Below, piece after piece: positions 12,201-27,200 of a DNA stretch of 64,000 nt. The notes under the pieces were generated by a model, which saw only the letters and a program-made list of their open reading frames with translations, had not been told where the DNA came from and ran no database searches. The stretch comes from Isurus oxyrinchus (Eukaryota), in NCBI GenBank assembly GCA_026770705.1, contig JANJGN010000029.1:28148001-28212000 (forward strand), given 5' to 3'. How positions within the stretch are numbered: the stretch's first letter is position 1; each line of letters begins with the position of its first letter. A program made the position numbers and the translations under genes.

Positions 12201-15200
12201 CCCTCCATGTCAACTCATGCCAACCCATGACACCTATCCACCTCGTGCCCCCTTATAGCCCCCATGCTGATTCTTGCCCTTCACCCACCCTCAAGGCCCC
12301 TTAAAGCTCCCAACCGAACTCAATGCCAATTCATGCCTGTCACTCACTCCAATGGCTCCTCATACACATCATGCCAACCTATGGCCCTTCCATACCCATT
12401 AACCCATTTTACACTGCACAGAACTAGTGTAAAATGGGTTAAAGGACTCTTTAGTTGGCATATATGGAACGGCTCAGAACGGAAACATCCATTCACAAAA
12501 CTTCTTTAGGAAAAAACTGCTGTTCCTACAAACCTATAAAAGTGTCAATCAAAATAACTATTAAAGTATAAATAACAGAGGCTTCTTAATCTCATGCAAA
12601 TAAACATTGAGGCATTGACACAAAAGGACCACAGAAAGAACAATTTATTATAATCACTTAAAGATGTCAATCAAGTAAATTCAACAGTTCTCTTCAACCA
12701 TCCAAACAGAAGCCTGCTGAGAAAATCCTTTTATGAGACTGGGATCTCACCCAGCAGGCCTAAAGAGGGCAGGTTTAAGAACTCTTTAAGTAGATGTATA
12801 TGGCCTCATTAAGCCTGCTTGGCTGAGAGCACTGTCTAATTCTAAAATAATTAGAATATATTGGGTCACTGGGCATGGAAAGGCCAAAGGTTGGCCTACA
12901 CCACATGGACTACACCACATGGACAGCAGCCGTTCAAGAAGGGAACTCACCACCACCTTCTCAAGGACAACTAGGGATGGGCAATAAATGCTGACCTAGT
13001 CACTGACACCCACATCCTATGAATGAATATAAAATAACTTTCAGCAACATTTTCTCCACAGATTCTGATTGACCTGCTGGGTTTGCAGTAATTCCGGGTT
13101 TTATTTTTCACTGTGATTGCCCCTGCCTCCCCCCTCCTCACTATTAGAATTGAAGCCCAGCCAAGTGCTACAGCAGCTCACTGAGCTGCCATCACCTTGC
13201 ACCAATGTTACAAACTGACCTTTAACCCTGATGACCACTTCCTTCTCATCAATTCCATATTGATTGGTAGCTCGACATTTATAAATTCCTTGATGTTCTG
13301 ATGTTGCTTGGGAAATACGGATGACTCCAGAAGGACCAATCTCAATGTTGCTGCCATTACTGGGGTCTTCCCACTTTACTGTAGGTGTGGGTTTTCCACT
13401 GGAATTACAGGTTATTGTAACCTCATCTCCTTTACTGACATATACGGGAAACTCTGACACTGTTTTGTTATTTACTGATATAGTTGTGCCTCCTGGTTTA
13501 TCTGGAAAAGAGAAAATAAAGATGAAAATAGCCAGTTACACCCACAGAATCACTAACACATACACAACTCCACATCAATGCTTGGATTAGCTGGATGCCC
13601 AAACTTAGCCACATATTGTGCTCTCTTCCATCTTCCAAGAGCCATTTCAGAGCAGCTGAATCCTTTCAGTACTGCCACTGCCTGGACTTTACTCCCAGGC
13701 ACCTGTTATTTTGTACAATGAAATGCAGTGCCATTGTGTAAATATAAAGTCAACATAACAGCCACTGTATTTGATTGCTCAACGATATCACAGAGTGTTC
13801 ACTGCACCCAGAATAAAGGACGGTTCAAACATTAAATTTCCTGTAATCTGTTACTCACACAAAATGACTACATTTACATATGAGCTTTTGGATCCATACT
13901 CATTGGTGACTGTGCATTTGTACAGACCACCATGCTGCATTTGGACTGATGGGATGTGGAATATCTCTCCGCTGAATATCTTTTCATCTTTGGTCCAGAA
14001 CACTTGGGGAGTTGGGTTCCCTTCACCTTGACATGTTAAATTCTGCGATTTCCCTTTAATCCAATCTTCTTGACCTTTAAAGATCTGTGCTTTTAATGGA
14101 GCATTTGTAAAATTCATTACAACAAAAAATTAAATCATGAAATTAAACAACAGAAAGTTCAAGTATCCTTCAGATCTTTCTGGTTATTTGTTTGGTGCTC
14201 TCTGGATGTCAGTGCCCAGAATAAAACTGGCTTCTATTTTAAAACCCAGCGTCAGCATCAAAAAGCCCCAGGTCAAGTAAAACACAGGGTAAAGGCAGAG
14301 TAAGTTTCCCTGTACTTTGCAGAAAACAGCAAAGTTCTGAATAATTGATTCAGCGACACTCTGAGAATGAAGAAAACTAGTGACAGGTTTCATTTCTAAT
14401 CCTCTAAGAGGAGGTTTCCAGCTCACTAGTTAGATGGAACAGTTGAAGTAGTGTGCACGCGAGTGTGCCCTGTGATGGACTGCATCCCACCCTGGGTGTA
14501 CACCGCCTAGCATCCATTGCCTGTCAGGATAGGTTCCAACTCCCTGTGAACCTGAATTGGATGAAGCAGTTTTGGAAAGTGAGTGAGTGAGTGAAAGATC
14601 TGTCATGCAATGTTGGTGCCAGCTAAGTAGTTTGTTGCAGGGTGGCTGAGTTGTACTATTAATGATAGAGTTGATCTGCAGACACTTCTTGGGTGGAAAC
14701 TTTAAATTTATTTACAATATACTCAGCAGCAACTACACGTGTGCTTTCAACTCCAACTCTATCTCCACACTGACTGCTGATGTAGCCCGTGCTACTTTCC
14801 TATTGGTTACTACAGATCATGTGATCTTTCCTAACAAGTATTATTCTAAAAAATGCATTGCACACTAAACGAAACCATTGTTACTACATTTCTCTTCCTT
14901 TTACTGGGTTATACATATATTTACAAGTACATATTTTTCAAGATAACATAATATTTACACTGGGTAAGGAATTTACAATTTCAGTCTTTCAGGTGGTTTC
15001 CTGGAACGTCGCATCTCCAGAACTTCCGATTCTTTGTCAGGAACCTCCTTTTCCGGAGTTGCCTGAATATCAGGAGATTCAGTGGGAACCTGCAGTTCCG
15101 TATCCTCAACTCTTACAGGAACATCAGACATCCCAGTCCTCGGCTGAGTATCCTCAAGAGGAAACATAGGCCTGGTCATGATCACTTGTGGAACCAAATC

Positions 15201-18200
15201 TTGGAGATTTGTCCCTCTCTTCCTTAAATGGTTCACATGTTTACAAATGATCCGGCCTTCCACCTACATGTGGTAAAATAGAGGTCCAGTCACTGTGCTT
15301 ATTTTACCTGATAACCATTTTGGTCCTTCCCTGAAGTTCTTCACCTATACCCCATGGCTCTCCCACAGTAAATTTCCTCTCACGACTGTGCCAGCCGCGT
15401 GTCTAGTTTTCTGGCTTCCCTGGCTTATCTTCCCCTCTAAATTCGGCATTATTAGGCTCAATCTCGCCCTGAGACAGTGTTTCAACAGTAACTCCACAGG
15501 TGTGACACCTGTTGTGTGAGGGATAGTCCTGTAATGAGAAAGAAAGCATCCTAGCTTGGTTGCCAAGGAATCACCAGTTAGCTTTTTCATCCCTGCTTTG
15601 GATGTTTGAACCGCCCTTTCGGCCAGTCTATTTGAGGAAGGGTGGTATGGTGCAGTTTTCACATGAGCGATATGGTTGAGGTTGATAAACCGTTGAAACT
15701 CAGCATTCATAAATGCTGTGCTGTTATCTAAAATGTCTACTTCTGGCAGGCCGTGAATAACACAACTCTGACATAGTTTCTCAATTGTAATGGCCAACGT
15801 TGGTGACTTCACCTCATATACATCCAATCATTTTGAAAGGGCATCAACAATGAGCAGGAACATTGTTCCAAGGAAAGGTCCAATGTAGTCAATGTGTAAC
15901 CACACCCAGGGTCTACCTGGCCACTCCCATGGGTGTAACGGAGCTGTCACTGGCAACTTTTACAGTTGCTGACATTGCACACAGTGCTTTACTAAACTCT
16001 CCATTTCACCATCCATCCCAGGGCACCATAGATAGCTGCATGCTATGGTCTCCATTTGGGAAATCCCTGGATGGGCACTGTACAGTTCAATTAAAAGTGG
16101 TTCCCTCCCTTTGGAGGAACTATCACACGTGCTCCTCACAATAAGATGCCACCCTGGATGGTTATTTCATGTCTTCTGTTGAATTATGGTTTCATTTTGT
16201 CAGTTATGGACTCCTGTGACCAACAACGTAGCACTTGTTCTTGTAATTGAGATAGGACTGCGTCCCGACTTGCCCAGTCTCTGATCTGTCAAGTACGTAC
16301 CGGTGAGGAATCTAAGAAATTTAACAGTAAAACAAGTTCCTGAGTAACAGGGACATGCTCTTCATTTTCTTGTGAAGGCAAACAACTAAGGTCATCATTG
16401 TTTGCGATTTGATTACCAGTCCTATGTACGAAAGTGCGTTCATATGCTGCCAGAATTAAAACCCATTGTTGTATCCTTGCTGAGGATATGGGTGCTATAG
16501 GCTTGTCCTCACTAAATAATCCTAGCAATGGTTTGTGGTCTGAAACAATTGTAAAATGACAGCCATGTACGCACTAGTGAAATTTCTTGACACCAAAGAT
16601 GATGGACTGGCCTTCTTCTATCGTGAGTATCTCTTTTCCGCTGTGGTGAGTGTTCTTGATATGTAACCTAGCGGCTGTTCTGTGCCGTTGTCCATCCAAT
16701 GGGAGAGCACTGCTCCCATTCCGTTGGGACATGCATCACATGTCAGCACCAATTCTTTTGTCTGGTCATAATGCACTGATAGATTGGAAGAGCGCAACAA
16801 TTGTTTCACCCTTTATGAAAGCTTCTTTCTGGGGCGCCTCCCAAGTCCAACGTTGGTTCTTTTGGAGTGGAGAATGCACGGGGGCCAGCACTGTACACAA
16901 ATTGGGTAAGAGTAGCCCATAATAGGTGATCATTCCTAGAAATGATTTGAATTCTGAGGCGGTTTTTGGCGCAGATGCCTCTCTTATGGCTCTCACTTTC
17001 TCCTCAACTGGGTGGAGGCCCTGTGAATCTACCAGTGACCCAAATAGATTACTTCCCTCCCTTGGAATGTGCACTGTTCTTTTTTTAAATGTTTTCCAGC
17101 TTGCAAGAAATATTTTAAGGCTTCTTCTAAGTTTGCCAGATGCTCTTTGTCAGTGAATCCTGTCACTAAAGTAGCCCTGTCCCTAATATAAAAACAAAAA
17201 AACTGCAGATGCTGGAAATCCAAAACAAAAACAGAATTACCTGGAAAAACTCAGCAGGTCTGGCAGCATCGGCGGAGAAGAAAAGAGTTGACGTTTCGAG
17301 TCCTCATGACCCTTCGACAGAACTTGAGTTCGAGTCCAAGAAAGAGTTGAAATATAAGCTGGTTTAAGGTGTGTGTGTGGGGGGCGGAGAGATAGAGAGA
17401 GAGAGAGAGGTGGTGGGGGGGGGCTGTGGTTGTAGGGACAAACAAGCAGTGATAGAAGCAGATCATCAAAAGATGTCACCGACAATGGTACAATAGAAGA
17501 CATAGGTGTTAAAGTTAAAGTTGGTGATATTATCTAAACGAATGTGCTAATTAAGAATGGATGGTAGGGCACTCAAGGTACAGCTCTAGTGGGGTTTTTT
17601 TTTATATAATGGAAATAGGTGGGAAAAGGAAACTCTTTATAATTTATTGGAAAAAAAAGGAGGGGGAAACAGAAAGGGGGTGGGGATGGGGGAGGGAGCT
17701 CACGACCTAAAGTTGTTGAATTCAATATTCAGTCCGGAAGGCTGTAAGGTGCCTAGTCGGAAGATGAGGTCCCTAAATAGACTACAACCTGGGGCAGTCC
17801 CTGCAGTAAGCTTTCCATTGTTCTCTGAAAGACGGCACAAGCGGAAAGGCATTCCTGTGTATTTGTGCAACTCTTTGTGGGTATTAATTATGACAAATTC
17901 CTGGGAGGCATTATCCAACTCTAATTGTTGATAACATGACTCATGTCAAGCTTAGTGTACGCTGTCCCTCCTGCCAACTTGGCATACAGGTCTTTGATTG
18001 TTGGAATGGGTGCCTGTTTAGCTGAGCTACATTATTAACGTCAGTTTGTATTCTGCACAGATTTGGACACTTTGGTTACGTTCAAGGATGGGGACTATGG
18101 GTACTGCCCATTCTGAGATGCCCATTCTGAAAACTGAATAGGTTGTATGACGCCCAGTTCCTCTAGTCTGTTCAGTTCAATGTCAACTTTTTCTTCCAGG

Positions 18201-21200
18201 ACATATGGCATTGGGCTTGCCTTCATGAAGCGAGGGCTTGCTGCTCTGCAGGCCCTGGATTTTCCCCAGTTCACCCTTAAAGATGGTGGCGTACTTTCTA
18301 AATCGCTCTGGTAGCCCACTTGCTCTCGACTGGAAAATTTCAGCCCATTCTAACTGAATTTCCATTAACCAATTTCACCCCAGGAGACTTGGCCCTTCAC
18401 CTGCTACCACCATCAAGGGTAGCTTTGCCAATTGGCTTCCATAACGGACAGTTACTCTGCTTATGCCTTTTATCTGAATGTCTTCACCCGTATATATTTA
18501 TAGCTTGGTGTCTGTTTCTTCTAAACTTAATTAATGTTCGCCATTATTCAAATATCCGAAGGTCTGTTCCCCAATTACTGTAGTGGAAGCTCCCGCGTCC
18601 ACTTCCATTCTAACAGGTTTGCCATTTACTTTCACTGTGACAAATATTGGCTCTGTCTTTCCAACTTTCATATAAAACAGTGAGTAAATGTCTGAATTTG
18701 TTGTTTCAGGCTCTTCTACATCATAGATTTCATTGGGCTTCTTCTTTTGTTCACAAGCCTGCTTGGATCTTTCCTTACACTGCATCATCATATACCCATT
18801 TCTATGACAATAGTAGCATTCGATTTTTTTAAACTGCCAATCATTAAAAGACTGATTGTTTCCACCTCTATCAAAGTCATTCTTCGATTTCACTGTTAAG
18901 TTATTTTTCTTTATTCTTCATCTAGCGGGGGCTGTTTCCTGCTTCTCAGCAGAGTCTCGCTTTTTCGCGCCTCTTTTGGCTGAGAGATCCCCCATGGCCA
19001 TCTCTACCTCTAGCACCTTCTTGAAATCCAGATTGACCTTGGTCAATAATATTTTCTGAATAGTGTCCTCTTCCACACCACACACTAAACAATCTCTGAG
19101 CATGTTGTTCAGAAGCGTACTGAACTCACAATGTTCCGTTAGCTGCTTCAAATTTGCCATGTAGCATGCAATTGTCTAACCCGGGGCTGTATTTCATGAA
19201 TTAAACCGGAACCTCTGCATTGTGACTGAGGGCTTTGGTTGAACATGACCCTTCACGAGGTCCACCAATTCATCGAAATTCTTCAAATTTGGGGCATTGG
19301 GTGCTTGAAACTTTGAATCAAGCTGTAGATATTGCGCCCACAAGTACTCAAGAGGATCACTCGCTTCTTCTCTTCCCCCGTAATCTCGTTCACTTGAAAA
19401 AAAGAACATGAGGCATTCTATATGTTGAGACCAATCGTCTTTGGCTGGTTCAAAAGTATTAATTCTCTCCAATTCTTCAAGTCTAATGGAGCTTGCGACT
19501 TACAATTGCTGAGCAAGGTACAGTGCCGATTTCTTTCCAACTTGACTTCTTCTGTTCAATCCTGTTTTATCCTTATCACCAGTTTGTTGTAGGGTGGCCG
19601 AGTTGTACTATTAATGATTAAGTTGATCAGCAGACACTTCTTGGGCGCAAACTTTAAGTTAATTTACAATATATTTAGCCGCAACTTCAAGTGTGCTTTC
19701 AACTCCAACTCCATCTCCACACTGACTGCTGAGGCAACCCGTGCTATTCTCCTATTGGTTACAACAGATCATGTGATCGTGCCTAACAAGTATTATTCCT
19801 AAAGGTACATTGCACACTAAATAAAACCATATTTACTACACAGTTGAACTTTATTTCTGGGCTGAATTTTATGCTGCAAGATCTGGAGTGTTTCCCACTT
19901 TGCAGAGTGTATTATGGGATGTGTTGATGTCGGGTGTTGTTTATGACGTCATCATGTTGGTTTTCAATAATATGGCAGGTGGGAGGGTCAAAAAGTTGGG
20001 AACCCGCCTGTGTTATTTAAGTTTCAATTTAAAAGATAATTCAGCTAATGAGCTACCCATCTCAGTGCAATAATAGTCAAAAGGCAATAATACACCCACA
20101 GGGCATGATTTACAACAGGTGGGAATCTGTTTTTTAAGGGCAAGCATCTTTAGGTGGTTTTAAAACTGCAGCTGAGACCAGAGTCTGAGCTTTGCAGTTC
20201 AAACTCTATTGACTGTGGGAACTGCTCATTTGAGTGGGCAGAGGAACCTGTTGGATATTTTTCATGAGGAGAACTCTCCTCTGATTCAGAGGGCTCTTTT
20301 GATGGATTATTTTTCGGTGCATTAATGAGGGGTGAAAAGTATGAGAGACAAATGGGGATCATTGTCTCAGCTGGAGACACAGCCTGCAATGAGGAGGAGA
20401 GAAGGATAAGGAGGAGGAGAAGGGTGAGAGGAAGAAGGGAACACTAGAAGACTCATGATGCTGTCGTTCCTCAGGAAGGGGACAGAGCAGTGCCAAACCC
20501 CAAAGGTCAGAAGGAGCCCAGAAACCCTCATCTGAGGTGCAGCTGAACCTACCACCCCAAGGGGATACAGGCAGTGATTCAGCCACCAGCAACTGAGTGA
20601 GACTCGGTGCAGAAGAAGACTCAAAGACTTCCAATAGCGACTTCCTTTTTATTCATTCATGGGATGTGGGCGTCACTGGCTAGGCCAGCATTTATTGCCC
20701 ATCCCTAATTGCCTTTGAGATGGTGTTAGTGAGCTGCCTTCTTGAACAGCTGCAGTCCATGTGGTGTAGGTATACCCACAGTGCTGTTAGGAAGGGAGTT
20801 CCAGGGTCTCCAGCGACAGTGAAGGAACGGTGATATGTTTCCAAATCAGAATGGTGAGTGGCTTGGAGGGAAACTTCTAGGTGGTGGTGTTTGTATCTGT
20901 CTGCTGCCCTTGGCCTTCTAGATGGCAATGGTGGTGGGCTTGGAAGGGTTTCTAAGGAGACCTGGTGAGTTTCTGTAGTGTATCTTGTAGATGGTACATA
21001 CTGCTGCCTCTGTACATCGGTGGTGGAGGGAGTGAATGTTTATGGATGGGGTGCCAAGCAAGCGGGCTGCTTTGTCCTGAGCTGTGTCAAGCTTTTTGAG
21101 TGTGGTTGGATCTGCACTCATTCATTGGAGAGTATTCCATCACACTCCTGACTTGTGCCTTGTAGGTGGTGGACAGTCTTTGTGGAGTCAGGAGGTGAGT

Positions 21201-24200
21201 TACTAGCCTCTGATCTACTCCTGTAGCCTCAGTAGTTAAATGGCTAGTCTAGCTCAGATTCTGATCAATGGTAAACTCCAGAATGTTGATGGTGGGTGAT
21301 TCAGTGATGGTAATGCCATTGAATGTCATGGGGAGATGGTTGGATTCTATCTTGTTGGAGATGGTCAATACCTGCCATTTGTGTGGCAGACTACAAACCT
21401 TTTTGCTGGCCCACATTCCTTGGAGTTGTGGATACGAGGGGATAAGGGTTATCCACTGAAAAGATGCCTAATGATGCCTGTGAAGGTGCCCCCAGACCTG
21501 ACCCAGACAGAAGGTACAATGAGAGCCACACCAGCACCAGGGCCATAGCGGAACAGACCATCGGTCTCCTAAAGATGTGATTCCGATACCTGTACTGATC
21601 TGGAAGTGCATTGCAGTGCTCCCCCTCAGGTGTGTGGCTGATGGTCATGATTTGCTGGGCACTCCATAACATCGCCATTTCAAAGGGAGATGCCCTGGAG
21701 AATGATGACATGCCAGATGGCAGCCAATCCTCTGAGGACATGGACGATGCTGAGTTGAGTGGCCACAGTGTTGCTCCTGCTGATGGCCCTGACTGTGATC
21801 AAGTGGATGGCCATGTCACCAGGGATGCCCCCAGTATGGCAAAGTTTTCTATAAAACGTCTTGCCACTATTACAGAGGGGTTTGGTGAACTCTTGGCCCT
21901 CCTTTTCCCAGCGCTCTGCATGAACTGGTCATGTTGAACATATGCTGCACTAAGAGGGGTACAAGGGCGGCCTGACTAAATCGGGCAGTTTCACCCCTGC
22001 AAGAACACTTCTCCCCCTCGCTCTGGTGGTGCGGGCGTCTCTCCATGGGAATATGGAATTACTGTACAAGCCCTCAATCCAAAAGGTGGGAGTCCTGCTG
22101 ATTTTGAAAAACTGCTGCCACCTATTAAGATTGACATGGTTGGCAGAGATGAACCAAAATTGAAATTGACGCGCCTGGCCAGACTGGAAAATGTACGAAT
22201 CTTTACTCTGTTTGTAGATGCACTCGACTGATCATCTGCTGGGTCAGCTGACACTGCCCTGTGCCAGGAGCCCATTAACGTGCTGCTCATGACATTGTTC
22301 CAGGTCACAGCCAGCAGCCTCAGAGACCAGACACCCCACCCTCCAGCACTCATTTGGCAGGATGACGGTCTATAAACCGCCATTGCCGTGAATTTGCGGT
22401 AATCATTGTATTATTGGGTGTGCACTGACGGTGGGCCCAGAAGTTGGATTACCGCTGAACCCACCATCGGCGCGTGACTATTATTATTCAGCCCTCAGAC
22501 TTTGAAGGCAGCCTTGTCAGCATGCAGTTCCATTACAGATCCACTGGGTGGCAGTGTTAGTAAATATCTGACAGCCTCTCACTCCATTCAGAAAGCACCC
22601 TTTTTAACCCTCCATCCACTGTGGCCATTCCCCCAAAGTTGCCTCCGGATCCCACCTGAACAAAATGGTGGAACCCCTCAGGCATTGCATGAGATTTCAT
22701 ATCCATAATAGCCGCTCAATGAAAATAGGTACTGAGAGTTCACAAGGCAAAGATTCCATACATTGCATATTCCCCCAAACAACACACTATACTCCGCTAT
22801 GAACTCAGGGATACCCATTGGCACAAACACCTCACCACTCTGTGCCTCCTGACTGTGAATTCCACATTGCAGCATGAGCTTAAACTGCCAGTGATTCTCC
22901 ACTTCTGTGCTGCACTCCCATCGATAAAACCCTCAACCCACATTACCCTTACAAGAACTGCAGAGTGGTGATAATGGGGGACTTCAATCATTCTAATGTG
23001 GACTGTGATTGTAGCAGAGTAAACAGCGCAAAGATGAAGGAAATCCTGAAACATATACAAGAGAAGTTTTTTGATCAGTGCTTCTCTAGCCTAACAAGGA
23101 AGGAAACAGTACTGGATCTAGTTCTGTGGAACAGGAGTAAGTGGCAAATGTTTTACTGGGAGAGCATATAGGGAACAGTGATCATAATACCTAATCTTGA
23201 CAGTTGGTATTTACAAACAAGGCTGAGAATTTTAAAATTAAGACTTTGTTCACCTGGAGCTATTGTAGGTCAGTGAGCATAAAGGTGCTAGACGAACAGG
23301 AGTTGCTGCATGTTAAGACACAGACAGTAGAATTGTGGATGACCTAAAGTTTACAGAGGGTAGTATGTTGGAGACCAGCCAGGAGTGTGTTGGAATAATC
23401 AAGTCGTCAGGATAGAAAGCAGAGAATAATGGTAAACATTGGTGTTTGCCAGGGCTCAGTATGAGGACCACTGCTTTTTTTCTATATACTGTACATTAAT
23501 AACCTGAACCTGGGCACAATTTTTGCAGATGACATAAAACTTGGAAATGTAGTAAATAATGAGGTGGACATTAACAGACCTTTGCAGGACATAGACGAGT
23601 GAAATGGGCAGATCCAGAGAAGTGTAAAGTGATACCTTTCCACATTCTTCCAAGCAAAATGTAATATGAATTAAATGGTGCAAATAAAAAGGAGATGCAG
23701 GAATGGAGTGACCTGTGAGTATAGGTACATAAATCTTTGAAGGTAGTTGAATAAGTTCTGAAGGCTCTTAGAAAAGGATGTAGAATCCTTGACTTTATCA
23801 ATAGAGGAATAGGGTACAAAAGAAGGGAAGATGTGCTAATCATATAAAGGCCAAGGAGAGGATGCAGAAGAGGGTTAATAGAATGGTACAAGGGATGAGG
23901 GGCTTCAGTTATGTGGAGAGACTGGAGAAGCTGGGATTGTGAAAGTCAAGAGGAGATCTGATAGAGAAATAAGGAGAAGCAGTTTTCAGTGGTCGAAGGG
24001 TTGATAACCAGAGGTCACAGATTTAAAGTGATGAGAAAAAGAACCAGGGGTGAGATGTGGAACCTTTCTTTTGAAACAAAGCAATTAGCTATGATCTGGA
24101 ATGCACCGTCTGTAACGGCAGTGGAAGCAGATTCAGTCGTGACTTTCAAAAGGGAGTTAGATAAGTACTTGATGGGGAAAACATGACAGGGCCACTGGTA

Positions 24201-27200
24201 AGGAGCAGGGGTATGGGACCAGTTGGATAGCTCTACCAAAGAGCCACATATGAACATATAAATTAGGAGCAGGAGTAGGCCATTCGGCCCCTCGAGCCCA
24301 CTCTACCATTCAATAACATCATTCCTGATCTGTTTGCGGTCTTAACTCCACATTCCACCTAGCCCATAACCTTTGGCACAACGGGATGGGCCGAATAGCC
24401 TCTTTCTATACTGTATCATTCTAAGCATCATAAAGGGAAGAGCATCATCAGTTACTGGAGAGGGGCTAGGTGTATGTTGTTTTCCTAGTTTCTTTGCTTC
24501 TATGTTTGATCTATTTTGCCATCACAATATCATTTCAGATAACATAGGATCATGGCTTCCCAGAGTGCTTCTCCACAAGTTTTGGACAATTACACCAGTC
24601 TGTCTGCAGCACTCATGAGCTGGATGTGAGCCTTCACTCTTCACAGCCGTGTACCATCACCTCCATTGAAAATGCTATTCTAGCATTCTCCGTCTCTCAT
24701 TAAATAGGTCCTATCGTTATCCCTCACTTTACAGCAGCCCATTGTGGCCCAGCTTCCACTTCCTCCTCAACTTTCCATGTGGAAGTGCCTGGTCTTCACT
24801 TAATATCTTTCTCACTGGTCTGGTCAGGATGCGCACCTTGCTACGTGGGGGACTGACGACACACACTCAGACGATCGCACTCTGTGACTCAATGCACTGC
24901 AGTTGTAACGGAGTGTCTCCACACAGCCTGTCCTGTAGCTTGTTCTCTTCAACTAAAAAGAGCCATTGGAAGGCAGACTATGTGTGAAGATCATACGAAC
25001 ATATGAACAAGGAGCTGGAATAGGCCACTCATCCTGTCAAGCCTGCTCCACCATTCAGTAAGATCATGGCTGATCTGATTGTAACCTCAATTCCACATTT
25101 CCACCTTTCACCTCCTTGTTTATCAAGAATCTTTCCACCTCTGCATTAAAAATATTCAAAGACTCTGCTTCCACTGCCTTTTGTAGAAGAGATTTCCAAA
25201 GACTCACCACCCTCTGAGAGAAAAAAAATTCTCCTTATCTCTGTCCTCAATAGGTGACACCTTATATTTAAACAGTGACCCCAGTTCTAGATTCTCCCAA
25301 ATGAAGAAACATCCTCACCACATCGAACCTGTCAAGACACCTCAGGATCTTATATGTTTCAACCAAGTCCCTTCTTACTCTCCTAAAGTCTAGTGGATAC
25401 ATGCCTAGCCTGTCCAATCTTTTCTCATAAGACAATCCACCCATTCCAGACATTAGTCTGGTAATCCTTCTCTGAACAGCTTCCACGAGACCAATTCAGT
25501 TTGTTTAGGATTAAGGGCAGAGTTGTTATGAGTCTTTTATTGATCTCCATTTAGGAAAAAACCTCACAAACCTTTTATGATCAAAATGGTGCTACTTACA
25601 CAGGACATGGAGAGTCTCAACCCGTTTTTTAACAACGGGACTTGTCATTGGCTGTAATTGAAGTTTCATTTCAGCCTCGCAGACGTACTGCTGTCCATCC
25701 AGCTGTGCTTGTGCATCTACAGTGTGATAGATAGTGAGCCCACTACTGCTTGATCCATTCACTAATGTGTCATTTCCGTTCTTCAGTCTGAGTTGAAGTT
25801 TGCCCGAGACATTAAACACACTGCAGGTAATATTAACTGGGTTTCCTTCAGGGCTGGTTGGTATTTGGATTTCAGGGGCAGAGAAAGCTGTAAAAATATC
25901 AGAAAGATATTATTAGAAACATTCCCAAAGTTTATCTTGCAGCCCCTCAGTGTCACTATAAAAATGAGGCAAAAGCAGGTACGTCGAATGCTTATTGCTC
26001 ACCATCCACCTCAATGATTATGAAGTGGATGTACAAGGCCCCATGGCATCTTTCCAAGTTTCCTCAGTATTCCTGATATCCTAGTCAGCCCTGACCGAAA
26101 ACATGCCAAAACAATTGAAATGTTTGTTCAGTTCATTTCTGTTGGGGAGCTTTTCAATCTGCATTTATTTAAAATTTTCTCAGTATTTAGGCAACACTGG
26201 CAGAGCCACATTTAATGCCCTAATTCTAATTGGCCAGGTTGGTTTTACAACAGTGGTTCACTTCAGAGGACATTTGCCTATTAAATGTTTATTACTGGTT
26301 AACTGGATGGCAGAAATAATTATTTGACTGTGAAGTAGTTTGGCATCTCCTCATAGTGTGAAAGGTATTGCATAAATGCAAATTCCTCCTTTCATTATGT
26401 CTGCTGATATTTTGTGTTTTCAAATTTTGATATTGCATTTGTTTATTATTGCAGAACACGTCCTGACTAATTTATTTATTGGTTAGTGCTCAGAAAAAGT
26501 CATTCTGGACACATGATCTGTTGTGTCATTAGTTGTTTCATCTTTGATTGACGTTACATGCCTATGCCATACAAATGCATTCAGCTACTCACTGTCTGAG
26601 GGTAGGTAGCAATGGTTCCTGCAATGTCTGTTTGCTCTCCGCAACCTTCTGCTTTCAGGCCAGTACCTTTCAAATTGTTGCAAAGCCTCACATCTTAAAG
26701 GGAATGTTGCTTGTGGAGGCCTGTTCTTCCTATCTAATACACACCTGAGTGCTGCGTATCATTGCACCTGCGCAGCTTAGGGAGAACATTTGTCGATAGG
26801 GAACTTTAATCACTTTCATTCAATTCTATCTGATAGGTGATTTGTTACTGGAATATATTAAAATAGCTGAGATATTATTCTATCCTTACCAAATAGACAC
26901 TCCTCATCTCTGAACACAACTCTTCTCTCTTGTTACATGATTATATTTTTGTTAAGATGAAACAGATCATTGTGTTTACAATCCAAACTACACTGTCAGT
27001 TGTTCCAATATTCTCTAATGATTCTGGAATACCGAGTGTCACCGACATTCCCTTATAATCAGGCAATACGAGTGTCACTAATACTTTATAACGCTACCTC
27101 TCTTTGATTACATAGGATTACATTGACTTATATGGCACAGCAACATTCCACCCAACTAGCCATTTTCTACAATCCACTCAAGCTAAGTATCTGAATATGT

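Noticed and set aside
20150-20389. Ser/Glu/Pro-rich minus-strand ORF in intron 5 as a possible mucin-like or extra exon
   Set aside because: No convincing phase-1 splice pair or Ig cysteines; lies within a degraded Harbinger region.
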